From Eledone cirrhosa (taxonomy: Eukaryota), in contig OZ024758.1 of assembly GCA_964016885.1 (NCBI GenBank), forward strand, positions 38,998,001-39,062,000: a stretch of DNA of 64,000 bases. Direction: 5' to 3'. Positions within the stretch are counted from its first letter, which is position 1, and every line of letters begins with the position of its first letter. The translations under genes were made by a program, and so were the position numbers. The notes below the pieces were generated by a model, which was not told the origin of the DNA, made no database searches, and saw nothing but the letters and a program-made list of their open reading frames with translations. Below, piece after piece: positions 1 to 13,100 of the stretch.

Positions 1-3000
1 GAAGTAACTCCACTGTTGGTGAGAATTCACTTAAGTCATGGTATTAGCTGTCAGAAGTAACTCCACTGTTGGTGAGAATTCATTTAAGTTCATGGTATTA
101 GCTGTCAGAAGTAACTCCACTGTTGGTGAGAATTCATTTAAGTCATGGTATTAGCTGTCAGAAGTAACTCCACTGTTGGTGAGAATTCATTTAAGTTCAT
201 GGTATTAGCTGTCAGAAGTAACTCCACTGTTGGTGAGAATTCATTTAAGTTCATGGTATTAGCTGTCAGAAGTAACTCCACTGTTGGTGAGAATTCATTT
301 AAGTTCATGGTATTAGTTTGTCAGAAGTAACTCCACTGTTGGTGAGAATTCATTTAAGTCATGGTATTAGTTGTCAGAAGTAACTCCAATGATGGTGAGA
401 ATTCATTTAAGTTCATGGTACTAGCTGTCAGAAGTAACTCCACTGTTGGTGAGAATTCATTTAAGTTCATGGTATTAGCTGTCAGAAGTAACTCCACTGT
501 TGGTGAGAATTCATTTAAGTCATGGTACTGGCTGTCAGAAGTAACTCCAATGTTGGTGAGAATTCATTTAAGTTCATGGTATTAGCTGTCAGAAGTAACT
601 CCACTGTTGGTGAGAATTCATTTAAGTTCATGGTATTAGCTGACAGAAGTCACTCCACTGTTGGTGAGAATTCATTTAAGTTCATGGTACTAGCTGTCAG
701 AAGTAACTCCAATGTTGGTGAGAATTCATTTAAATTCATGGTATTAGCTGTCAGAAGTAACTCCACTGTTGGTGAGAATTCATTTAAGTTCATGGTATTA
801 GCTGTCAGAAGTAACTCCACTGTTGGTGAGAATTCATTTAAGTCATGGTATTAGCTGTCAGAAGTAACTCCACTGTTGGTGAGAATTCATTTAAGTTCAT
901 GGTATTAGCTGTCAGAAGTAACTCCACTGTTGGTGAGAATTCATTTAAGTTCATGGTATTAGTTTGTCAGAAGTAACTCCACTGTTGGTGAGAATTCATT
1001 TAAGTCATGGTATTAGTTGTCAGAAGTAACTCCAATGTTGGTGAGAATTCATTTAAGTTCATGGTACTAGCTGTCAGAAGTAACTCCACTGTTGGTGAGA
1101 ATTCATTTAAGTTCATGGTAATATCTGTCAGAAGTAACTCCACTGTTGGTGAGAATTCATTTAAGTCATGGTATTAGCTGTCAGAAGTAACTCCAATGTT
1201 GGTGAGAATTCATTTAAGTCATGGTACTAGCTGTCAGAAGTAACTCCAATGTTGGTGAGAATTCATTTAAGTTCATGGTATTAGCTGTCAGAAGTAACTC
1301 CACTGTTGGTGAGAATTCATTTAAGTTCATGGTATTAGCTGTCAGAAGTAACTCCACTGTTGGTGAGAATTCATTTAAGTCATGGTATTAGCTGTCAGAA
1401 GTAACTCCAATGTTGGTGAGAATTCATTTAAGTTCATGGTATTAGCTGTCAGAAGTCACTCCACTGTTGGTGAGAATTCATTTAAGTTCATGGTACTAGC
1501 TGTCAGAAGTAACCCCAATGTTGGTGAGAATTCATTTAAGTTCATGGTATTAGCTGTCAGAAGTCACTCCAATGTTGGTGAGAATTCATTTAAGTTCATG
1601 GTATTAGCTGTCAGAAGTAACTCCACTGTTGGTAAGAATTCATTTAAGTTCATGGTATTAGCTGTCAGAAGTAACTCCACTGTTGGTGAGAATTCATTTA
1701 AGTTCATGGTGTTAGCTGTCAGAAGGAACGCCACTGTTGGTGAGAATTCATTTAAGTTCATGGTATTAGCTGTCAGAAGTAACTCCACTGTTGGTGAGAA
1801 TTCATTTAAGTTCATGCTACTAGCTGTCAGAAGTAACTCCTATGTTGGTGAGAATTCATTTCAGTTCATGGTATTAGCTGTCAGAAGGAACTCCACTGTT
1901 GCTGAGAATTCATTTAAGTTCATGGTATTAGCTGTCAGAAGTAACTCCACTGTTGGTGAGAATTCATTTAAGTTCATGGTGCTAGCTGTCAGAAGTAACT
2001 CCACTGTTGGTGAGAATTCATTTAAGTTCATGGTATTAGCTGTCAGAAGTAACTCCACTGTTGGTGAGAATTCATTTAAGTTTATGGTATTAGCTGACAG
2101 AAGTCACTCCACTGTTGGTGAGAATTCATTTAAGTTCATGGTACTAGCTGTCAGAAGTAACTCCAATGTTGGTGAGAATTCATTTAAATTCATGGTATTA
2201 GCTGTCAGAAGTAACTCCACTGTTGGTGAGAATTCATTTAAGTTCATGGTATTAGCTGTCAGAAGTAACTCCACTGTTGGTGAGAATTCATTTAAGTTCA
2301 TGGTATTAGCTGTCAGAAGTAACTCCACTGTTGGTGAGAATTCATTTAAGTTCATGGTACTAGCTGTCAGAAGTAACTCCAATGTTGGTGAGAATTCATT
2401 TAAGTTCATGGTATTAGCTGTCAGAAGTAACTCCACTGTTGGTGAGTATTCATTTAAGTCATGGTATTAGCTGTCAGAAGTAACTCCACTGTTGGTGAGA
2501 ATTCATTTAAGTTCATGGTATTAGCTGTCAGAAGTAACTCCACTGTTGGTGAGAATTCATTTAAGTCATGGTATTAGCTGTCAGAAGTAACTCCACTGTT
2601 GGTGAGAACTCATTTAAGTTCATGGTATTAGCTGTCAGAAGTAACTCCACTGTTGGTGAGAATTCATTTAAGTTCATGGTATTAGCTGTCAGAAGTAACT
2701 CCACTGTTGGTGAGAATTCATTTAAGTTCATGGTATTAGTTTGTCAGAAGTAACTCCACTGTTGGTGAGAATTCATTTAAGTCATGGTATTAGTTGTCAG
2801 AAGTAACTCCAATGTTGGTGAGAATTCATTTAAGTTCATGGTACTAGCTGTCAGAAGTAACTCCACTGTTGGTGAGAATTCATTTAAGTTCATGGTATTA
2901 GCTGTCAGAAGTAACTCCACTGTTGGTGAGAATTCATTTAAGTCATGGTATTAGCTGTCAGAAGTAACTCCAATGTTGGTGAGAATTCATTTAAGTTCAT

Positions 3001-3530
3001 GGTATTAGCTGTCAGAAGTCACTCCACTGTTGGTGAGAATACATTTAAGTTCATGGTACTAGCTGTCAGAAGTAACCCCAATGTTGGTGAGAATTCATTT
3101 AAGTTCATGGTATTAGCTGTCAGAAGTCACTCCAATGTTGGTGAGAATTCATTTAAGTTCATGGTATTAGCTGTCAGAAGTAACTCCACTGTTGGTAAGA
3201 ATTCATTTAAGTTCATGGTATTAGCTGTCAGAAGTAACTCCACTGTTGGTGAGAATTCATTTAAGTTCATGGTATTAGCTGTCAGAAGGAACGCCACTGT
3301 TGGTGAGAATTCATTTAAGTTCATGGTATTAGCTGTCAGAAGTAACTCCACTGTTGGTGAGAATTCATTTAAGTTCATGGTACTAGCTGTCAGAAGTAAC
3401 TCCAATGTTGGTGAGAATTCATTTAAGTTCATGGTATTAGCTGTCAGAAGGAACTCCACTGTTGCTGAGAATTCATTTAAGTTCATGGTATTAGCTGTCA
3501 GAAGTAACTCCACTGTTGGTGAGAATTCAT
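1..3530. repeat. Higher-order block, dispersed copy of ~7217-10745 (offset 7216) and ~11149-14680 (offset 11148)
   Basis: The same rare variants occur in the same order: GAATTCAC at 30/7246/11178, plus AATGATGG, TACTGGCT, GAGTATT and GAGAACTC. ORF starts match at 145/7361/11293, 1382/8598/12530 and 2568/9784/13716. Confidence 0.9.
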
Positions 3531-6500
3531 TTAAGTCATGGTATTAGCTGTCAGAAGTAACTCCAATGTTGGTGAGAATTCATTTAAGTTCATGGTATTA
3601 GCTGTCAGAAGTCACTCCACTGTTGGTGAGAATTCATTTAAGTTCATGGTACTAGCTGTCAGAAGTAACCCCAATGTTGGTGAGAATTCATTTAAGTTCA
3701 TGGTATTAGCTGTTAGAAGTCACTCCAATGTTGGTGAGAATTCATTTAAGTTCATGGTATTAGCTGTCAGAAGTAAATCCACTGTTGGTAAGAATTCATT
3801 TAAGTTCATGGTATTAGCTGTCAGAAGTAACTCCACTGTTGGTGAGAATTCATTTAAGTTCATGGTATTAGCTGTCAGAAGGAACGCCACTGTTGGTGAG
3901 AATTCATTTAAGTTCATGGTATTAGCTGTCAGAAGTAACTCCACTGTTGGTGAGAATTCATTTAAGTTCATGCTACTAGCTGTCAGAAGTAACTCCTATG
4001 TTGGTGAGAATTCATTTAAGTTCATGGTATTAGCTGTCAGAAGGAACTCCACTGTTGCTGAGAATTCATTTAAGTTCATGGTATTAGCTGTCAGAAGTAA
4101 CTCCACTGTTGGTGATAATTCATTTAAGTTCATGGTGCTAGCTGTCAGAAGTAACTCCACTGTTGGTGAGAATTCATTTAAGTTCATGGTATTAGCTGTC
4201 AGAAGTAACTCCACTGTTGGTGAGAATTCATTTAAGTTCATGGTATTAGCTGACAGAAGTCACTCCACTGTTGGTGAGAATTCATTTAAGTTCATGGTAC
4301 TAGCTGTCAGAAGTAACTCCAATGTTGGTGAGAATTCATTTAAATTCATGGTATTAGCTGTCAGAAGTAACTCCACTGTTGGTGAGAATTCATTTAAGTT
4401 CATGGTATTAGCTGTCAGAAGTAACTCCACTGTTGGTGAGAATTCATTTAAGTTCATGGTATTAGCTGTCAGAAGTAACTCCACTGTTGGTGAGAATTCA
4501 TTTAATTCATGGTACTAGCTGTCAGAAGTAACTCCAATGTTGGTGAGAATTCATTTAAGTTCATGGTATTAGCTGTCAGAAGTAACTCCACTGTTGGTGA
4601 GAATTCATTTAAGTCATGGTATTAGCTGTCAGAAGTAACTCCACTGTTGGTGAGAATTCATTTAAGTTCATGGTACTAGCTGTCAGAAGTAACTCCACTG
4701 TTGGTGAGAATTCATTTAAGTTCATGGTATTAGCTGTCAGAAGTAACTCTACTGTTGGTGAGAATTCATTTAAGTTCATGGTATTAGCTGACAGAAGTCA
4801 CTCCACTGTTGGTGAGAATTCATTTAAGTTCATGGTACTAGCTGTCAGAAGTAACTCCAATGTTGGTGAGAATTCATTTAAGTTCATGGTATTAGCTGTC
4901 AGAAGTAACTCCACTGTTGGTGAGAATTCATTTAAGTTCATGGTATTAGCTGTCAGAAGTAACTCCACTGTTGGTGAGAATTCATTTAAGTTCATGGTAT
5001 TAGCTGTCAGAAGTAACTCCACTGTTGGTGAGAATTCATTTAAGTTCATGGTACTAGCTGTCAGAAGTAACTCCAATGTTGGTGAGAATTCATTTAAGTT
5101 CATGGTACTAGCTGTCAGAAGTAACTCCACTGTTGGTGAGAATTCATTTAAGTTCATGGTATTAGTTTGTCAGAAGTAACTCCACTGTTGGTGAGAATTC
5201 ATTTAAGTCATGGTATTAGTTGTCAGAAGTAACTCCAATGTGGGTGAGAATTCATTTAAGTTCATGGTATTAGCTGTCAGAAGGAACTCCACTGTTGGTG
5301 AGAATTCATTTAAGTTCATGGTATTAGCTGTCAGAAGGAACACCAATGTTGGTGAGAATTCATTTAAGTCATGGTACTAGCTGTCAGAAGTAACTCCACT
5401 GTTGGTGAGAATTCATTTAAGTTCATGGTATTAGCTGTCAGAAGGAACGCCACTGTTGGTGAGAATTCATTTAAGTTCATGGTATTAGCTGTCAGAAGTA
5501 ACTCCACTGTTGGTGAGAATTCATTTAAGTTCATGGTACTAGCTGTCAGAAGTAACTCCAATGTTGGTGAGAATTCATTTAAGTTCATGGTATTAGCTGT
5601 CAGAAGGAACTCCACTGTTGGTGAGAATTCATTTAAGTTCATGGTATTAGCTGTCAGAAGTAACTCCACTGTTGGTGAGAATTCATTTAAGTCATGGTAT
5701 TAGCTGTCAGAAGTAACTCCATTGTTGGTGAGAATTCATTTAAGTCATGGTACTAGCTGTCAGAAGTAACTCCAATGTTGGTGAGAATTCATTTAAGTCA
5801 TGGTACTAGCTGTCAGAAGTAACTCCAATGTTGGTGAGAATTCATTTAAGTTCATGGTATTAGCTGTCAGAAGGAACTCCACTGTTGGTGAGAATTCATT
5901 TAAGTTCATGGTATTAGCTGTCAGAAGTAACTCCACTGTTGGTGAGAATTCATTTAAGTTCATGGTATTAGCTGTCAGAAGTAACTCCACTGTTGGTGAG
6001 AATTCATTTAAGTTCATGGTACTAGCTGTCAGAAGTAACTCCAATGTTGGTGAGAATTCATTTAAGTTCATGGTATTAGCTGTCAGAAGTAACTCCACTG
6101 TTGGTGAGAATTCAGTTAAGCCATGGTATTAGCTGTCAGAAGTAACTCCAATGTTGGTGAGAATTCATTTAAGTTCATGGTATTAGCTGTCAGAAGTAAC
6201 TCCACTGTTGGTGAGAATTCATTTAAGTTCATGGTATTAGCTGTCAGAAGTAACTCCACTGTTGGTGAGAATTCATTTAAGTTCATGGTACTAGCTGTCA
6301 GAAGTAACTCCACTGTTGGTGAGAATTCATTTAAGTCATGGTATTAGTTGTCAGAAGTAACTCCAATGTTGGTGAGAATTCATTTAAGTTCATGGTATTA
6401 GCTGTCAGAAGGAACTCCACTGTTGGTGAGAATTCATTTAAGTTCATGGTATTAGCTGTCAGAAGGAACTCCAATGTTGGTGAGAATTCATTTAAGTCAT

Positions 6501-7146
6501 GGTACTAGCTGTCAGAAGTAACTCCACTGTTGGTGAGAATTCATTTAAGTTCATGGTATTAGCTGTCAGAAGGAACGCCACTGTTGGTGAGAATTCATTT
6601 AAGTTCATGGTATTAGCTGTCAGAAGTAACTCCACTGTTGGTGAGAATTCATTTAAGTTCATGCTACTAGCTGTCAGAAGTAACTCCTATGTTGGTGAGA
6701 ATTCATTTAAGTTCATGGTATTAGCTGTCAGAAGGAACTCCACTGTTGCTGAGAATTAATTTAAGTTCATGGTATTAGCTGTCAGAAGTAACTCCACTGT
6801 TGGTGAGAATTCATTTAAGTTCATGGTGCTAGCTGTCAGAAGTAACTCCACTGTTGGTGAGAATTCATTTAAGTTCATGGTATTAGCTGACAGAAGTCAC
6901 TCCACTGTTGGTGAGAATTCATTTAAGTTCATGGTACTAGCTGTCAGAAGTAACTCCAATGTTGGTGAGAATTCATTTAAATTCATGGTATTAGCTGTCA
7001 GAAGTAACTCCACTGTTGGTGAGAATTCATTTAAGTTCATGGTATTAGCTGTCAGAAGTAACTCCACTGTTGGTGAGAATTCATTTAAGTTCATGGTATT
7101 AGCTGTCAGAAGTAACTCCACTGTTGGTGAGAATTCATTTAAGTTC

Positions 7147-10100
7147 ATGGTACTATCTGTCAGAAGTAACTCCAATGTTGGTGAGAATTCATTTAAGTTC
7201 ATGGTATTAGCTGTCAGAAGTAACTCCACTGTTGGTGAGAATTCACTTAAGTCATGGTATTAGCTGTCAGAAGTAACTCCACTGTTGGTGAGAATTCATT
7301 TAAGTTCATGGTATTAGCTGTCAGAAGTAACTCCACTGTTGGTGAGAATTCATTTAAGTCATGGTATTAGCTGTCAGAAGTAACTCCACTGTTGGTGAGA
7401 ATTCATTTAAGTTCATGGTATTAGCTGTCAGAAGTAACTCCACTGTTGGTGAGAATTCATTTAAGTTCATGGTATTAGCTGTCAGAAGTAACTCCACTGT
7501 TGGTGAGAATTCATTTAAGTTCATGGTATTAGTTTGTCAGAAGTAACTCCACTGTTGGTGAGAATTCATTTAAGTCATGGTATTAGTTGTCAGAAGTAAC
7601 TCCAATGATGGTGAGAATTCATTTAAGTTCATGGTACTAGCTGTCAGAAGTAACTCCACTGTTGGTGAGAATTCATTTAAGTTCATGGTATTAGCTGTCA
7701 GAAGTAACTCCACTGTTGGTGAGAATTCATTTAAGTCATGGTACTGGCTGTCAGAAGTAACTCCAATGTTGGTGAGAATTCATTTAAGTTCATGGTATTA
7801 GCTGTCAGAAGTAACTCCACTGTTGGTGAGAATTCATTTAAGTTCATGGTATTAGCTGACAGAAGTCACTCCACTGTTGGTGAGAATTCATTTAAGTTCA
7901 TGGTACTAGCTGTCAGAAGTAACTCCAATGTTGGTGAGAATTCATTTAAATTCATGGTATTAGCTGTCAGAAGTAACTCCACTGTTGGTGAGAATTCATT
8001 TAAGTTCATGGTATTAGCTGTCAGAAGTAACTCCACTGTTGGTGAGAATTCATTTAAGTCATGGTATTAGCTGTCAGAAGTAACTCCACTGTTGGTGAGA
8101 ATTCATTTAAGTTCATGGTATTAGCTGTCAGAAGTAACTCCACTGTTGGTGAGAATTCATTTAAGTTCATGGTATTAGTTTGTCAGAAGTAACTCCACTG
8201 TTGGTGAGAATTCATTTAAGTCATGGTATTAGTTGTCAGAAGTAACTCCAATGTTGGTGAGAATTCATTTAAGTTCATGGTACTAGCTGTCAGAAGTAAC
8301 TCCACTGTTGGTGAGAATTCATTTAAGTTCATGGTAATAGCTGTCAGAAGTAACTCCACTGTTGGTGAGAATTCATTTAAGTCATGGTATTAGCTGTCAG
8401 AAGTAACTCCAATGTTGGTGAGAATTCATTTAAGTCATGGTACTAGCTGTCAGAAGTAACTCCAATGTTGGTGAGAATTCATTTAAGTTCATGGTATTAG
8501 CTGTCAGAAGTAACTCCACTGTTGGTGAGAATTCATTTAAGTTCATGGTATTAGCTGTCAGAAGTAACTCCACTGTTGGTGAGAATTCATTTAAGTCATG
8601 GTATTAGCTGTCAGAAGTAACTCCAATGTTGGTGAGAATTCATTTAAGTTCATGGTATTAGCTGTCAGAAGTCACTCCACTGTTGGTGAGAATTCATTTA
8701 AGTTCATGGTACTAGCTGTCAGAAGTAACCCCAATGTTGGTGAGAATTCATTTAAGTTCATGGTATTAGCTGTCAGAAGTCACTCCAATGTTGGTGAGAA
8801 TTCATTTAAGTTCATGGTATTAGCTGTCAGAAGTAACTCCACTGTTGGTAAGAATTCATTTAAGTTCATGGTATTAGCTGTCAGAAGTAACTCCACTGTT
8901 GGTGAGAATTCATTTAAGTTCATGGTGTTAGCTGTCAGAAGGAACGCCACTGTTGGTGAGAATTCATTTAAGTTCATGGTATTAGCTGTCAGAAGTAACT
9001 CCACTGTTGGTGAGAATTCATTTAAGTTCATGCTACTAGCTGTCAGAAGTAACTCCTATGTTGGTGAGAATTCATTTAAGTTCATGGTATTAGCTGTCAG
9101 AAGGAACTCCACTGTTGCTGAGAATTCATTTAAGTTCATGGTATTAGCTGTCAGAAGTAACTCCACTGTTGGTGAGAATTCATTTAAGTTCATGGTGCTA
9201 GCTGTCAGAAGTAACTCCACTGTTGGTGAGAATTCATTTAAGTTCATGGTATTAGCTGTCAGAAGTAACTCCACTGTTGGTGAGAATTCATTTAAGTTTA
9301 TGGTATTAGCTGACAGAAGTCACTCCACTGTTGGTGAGAATTCATTTAAGTTCATGGTACTAGCTGTCAGAAGTAACTCCAATGTTGGTGAGAATTCATT
9401 TAAATTCATGGTATTAGCTGTCAGAAGTAACTCCACTGTTGGTGAGAATTCATTTAAGTTCATGGTATTAGCTGTCAGAAGTAACTCCACTGTTGGTGAG
9501 AATTCATTTAAGTTCATGGTATTAGCTGTCAGAAGTAACTCCACTGTTGGTGAGAATTCATTTAAGTTCATGGTACTAGCTGTCAGAAGTAACTCCAATG
9601 TTGGTGAGAATTCATTTAAGTTCATGGTATTAGCTGTCAGAAGTAACTCCACTGTTGGTGAGTATTCATTTAAGTCATGGTATTAGCTGTCAGAAGTAAC
9701 TCCACTGTTGGTGAGAATTCATTTAAGTTCATGGTATTAGCTGTCAGAAGTAACTCCACTGTTGGTGAGAATTCATTTAAGTCATGGTATTAGCTGTCAG
9801 AAGTAACTCCACTGTTGGTGAGAACTCATTTAAGTTCATGGTATTAGCTGTCAGAAGTAACTCCACTGTTGGTGAGAATTCATTTAAGTTCATGGTATTA
9901 GCTGTCAGAAGTAACTCCACTGTTGGTGAGAATTCATTTAAGTTCATGGTATTAGTTTGTCAGAAGTAACTCCACTGTTGGTGAGAATTCATTTAAGTCA
10001 TGGTATTAGTTGTCAGAAGTAACTCCAATGTTGGTGAGAATTCATTTAAGTTCATGGTACTAGCTGTCAGAAGTAACTCCACTGTTGGTGAGAATTCATT

Positions 10101-13100
10101 TAAGTTCATGGTATTAGCTGTCAGAAGTAACTCCACTGTTGGTGAGAATTCATTTAAGTCATGGTATTAGCTGTCAGAAGTAACTCCAATGTTGGTGAGA
10201 ATTCATTTAAGTTCATGGTATTAGCTGTCAGAAGTCACTCCACTGTTGGTGAGAATACATTTAAGTTCATGGTACTAGCTGTCAGAAGTAACCCCAATGT
10301 TGGTGAGAATTCATTTAAGTTCATGGTATTAGCTGTCAGAAGTCACTCCAATGTTGGTGAGAATTCATTTAAGTTCATGGTATTAGCTGTCAGAAGTAAC
10401 TCCACTGTTGGTAAGAATTCATTTAAGTTCATGGTATTAGCTGTCAGAAGTAACTCCACTGTTGGTGAGAATTCATTTAAGTTCATGGTATTAGCTGTCA
10501 GAAGGAACGCCACTGTTGGTGAGAATTCATTTAAGTTCATGGTATTAGCTGTCAGAAGTAACTCCACTGTTGGTGAGAATTCATTTAAGTTCATGGTACT
10601 AGCTGTCAGAAGTAACTCCAATGTTGGTGAGAATTCATTTAAGTTCATGGTATTAGCTGTCAGAAGGAACTCCACTGTTGCTGAGAATTCATTTAAGTTC
10701 ATGGTATTAGCTGTCAGAAGTAACTCCACTGTTGGTGAGAATTCATTTAAGTTCATGGTACTAGCTGTCAGAAGTAACTCCACTGTTGGTGAGAATTCAT
10801 TTAAGTTCATGGTACTAGCTGTCAGAAGTAACTCCACTGTTGGTGAGAATTCATTTAAGTTCATGGTATTAGCTGTCAGAAGTAACTCCACTGTTGGTGA
10901 GAATTCATTTAAGTTCATGGTATTAGCTGTCAGAAGTAACTCCACTGTTGGTGAGAATTCATTTAAGTTCATGGTATTAGTTTGTCAGAAGTAACTCCAC
11001 TGTTGGTGAGAATTCATTTAAGTCATGGTATTAGTTGTCAGAAGTAACTCCAATGTTGGTGAGAATTCATTTAAGTTCATGGTACTAGCTGTCAGAAGTA
11101 ACTCCAATGTTGGTGAGAATTCATTTAAGTTCATGGTATTAGCTGTCAGAAGTAACTCCACTGTTGGTGAGAATTCACTTAAGTCATGGTATTAGCTGTC
11201 AGAAGTAACTCCACTGTTGGTGAGAATTCATTTAAGTTCATGGTATTAGCTGTCAGAAGTAACTCCACTGTTGGTGAGAATTCATTTAAGTCATGGTATT
11301 AGCTGTCAGAAGTAACTCCACTGTTGGTGAGAATTCATTTAAGTTCATGGTATTAGCTGTCAGAAGTAACTCCACTGTTGGTGAGAATTCATTTAAGTTC
11401 ATGGTATTAGCTGTCAGAAGTAACTCCACTGTTGGTGAGAATTCATTTAAGTTCATGGTATTAGTTTGTCAGAAGTAACTCCACTGTTGGTGAGAATTCA
11501 TTTAAGTCATGGTATTAGTTGTCAGAAGTAACTCCAATGATGGTGAGAATTCATTTAAGTTCATGGTACTAGCTGTCAGAAGTAACTCCACTGTTGGTGA
11601 GAATTCATTTAAGTTCATGGTATTAGCTGTCAGAAGTAACTCCACTGTTGGTGAGAATTCATTTAAGTCATGGTACTGGCTGTCAGAAGTAACTCCAATG
11701 TTGGTGAGAATTCATTTAAGTTCATGGTATTAGCTGTCAGAAGTAACTCCACTGTTGGTGAGAATTCATTTAAGTTCATGGTATTAGCTGACAGAAGTCA
11801 CTCCACTGTTGGTGAGAATTCATTTAAGTTCATGGTACTAGCTGTCAGAAGTAACTCCAATGTTGGTGAGAATTCATTTAAATTCATGGTATTAGCTGTC
11901 AGAAGTAACTCCACTGTTGGTGAGAATTCATTTAAGTTCATGGTATTAGCTGTCAGAAGTAACTCCACTGTTGGTGAGAATTCATTTAAGTCATGGTATT
12001 AGCTGTCAGAAGTAACTCCACTGTTGGTGAGAATTCATTTAAGTTCATGGTATTAGCTGTCAGAAGTAACTCCACTGTTGGTGAGAATTCATTTAAGTTC
12101 ATGGTATTAGTTTGTCAGAAGTAACTCCACTGTTGGTGAGAATTCATTTAAGTCATGGTATTAGTTGTCAGAAGTAACTCCAATGTTGGTGAGAATTCAT
12201 TTAAGTTCATGGTACTAGCTGTCAGAAGTAACTCCACTGTTGGTGAGAATTCATTTAAGTTCATGGTAATAGCTGTCAGAAGTAACTCCACTGTTGGTGA
12301 GAATTCATTTAAGTCATGGTATTAGCTGTCAGAAGTAACTCCAATGTTGGTGAGAATTCATTTAAGTCATGGTACTAGCTGTCAGAAGTAACTCCAATGT
12401 TGGTGAGAATTCATTTAAGTTCATGGTATTAGCTGTCAGAAGTAACTCCACTGTTGGTGAGAATTCATTTAAGTTCATGGTATTAGCTGTCAGAAGTAAC
12501 TCCACTGTTGGTGAGAATTCATTTAAGTCATGGTATTAGCTGTCAGAAGTAACTCCAATGTTGGTGAGAATTCATTTAAGTTCATGGTATTAGCTGTCAG
12601 AAGTCACTCCACTGTTGGTGAGAATTCATTTAAGTTCATGGTACTAGCTGTCAGAAGTAACCCCAATGTTGGTGAGAATTCATTTAAGTTCATGGTATTA
12701 GCTGTCAGAAGTCACTCCAATGTTGGTGAGAATTCATTTAAGTTCATGGTATTAGCTGTCAGAAGTAACTCCACTGTTGGTAAGAATTCATTTAAGTTCA
12801 TGGTATTAGCTGTCAGAAGTAACTCCACTGTTGGTGAGAATTCATTTAAGTTCATGGTGTTAGCTGTCAGAAGGAACGCCACTGTTGGTGAGAATTCATT
12901 TAAGTTCATGGTATTAGCTGTCAGAAGTAACTCCACTGTTGGTGAGAATTCATTTAAGTTCATGCTACTAGCTGTCAGAAGTAACTCCTATGTTGGTGAG
13001 AATTCATTTCAGTTCATGGTATTAGCTGTCAGAAGGAACTCCACTGTTGCTGAGAATTCATTTAAGTTCATGGTATTAGCTGTCAGAAGTAACTCCACTG

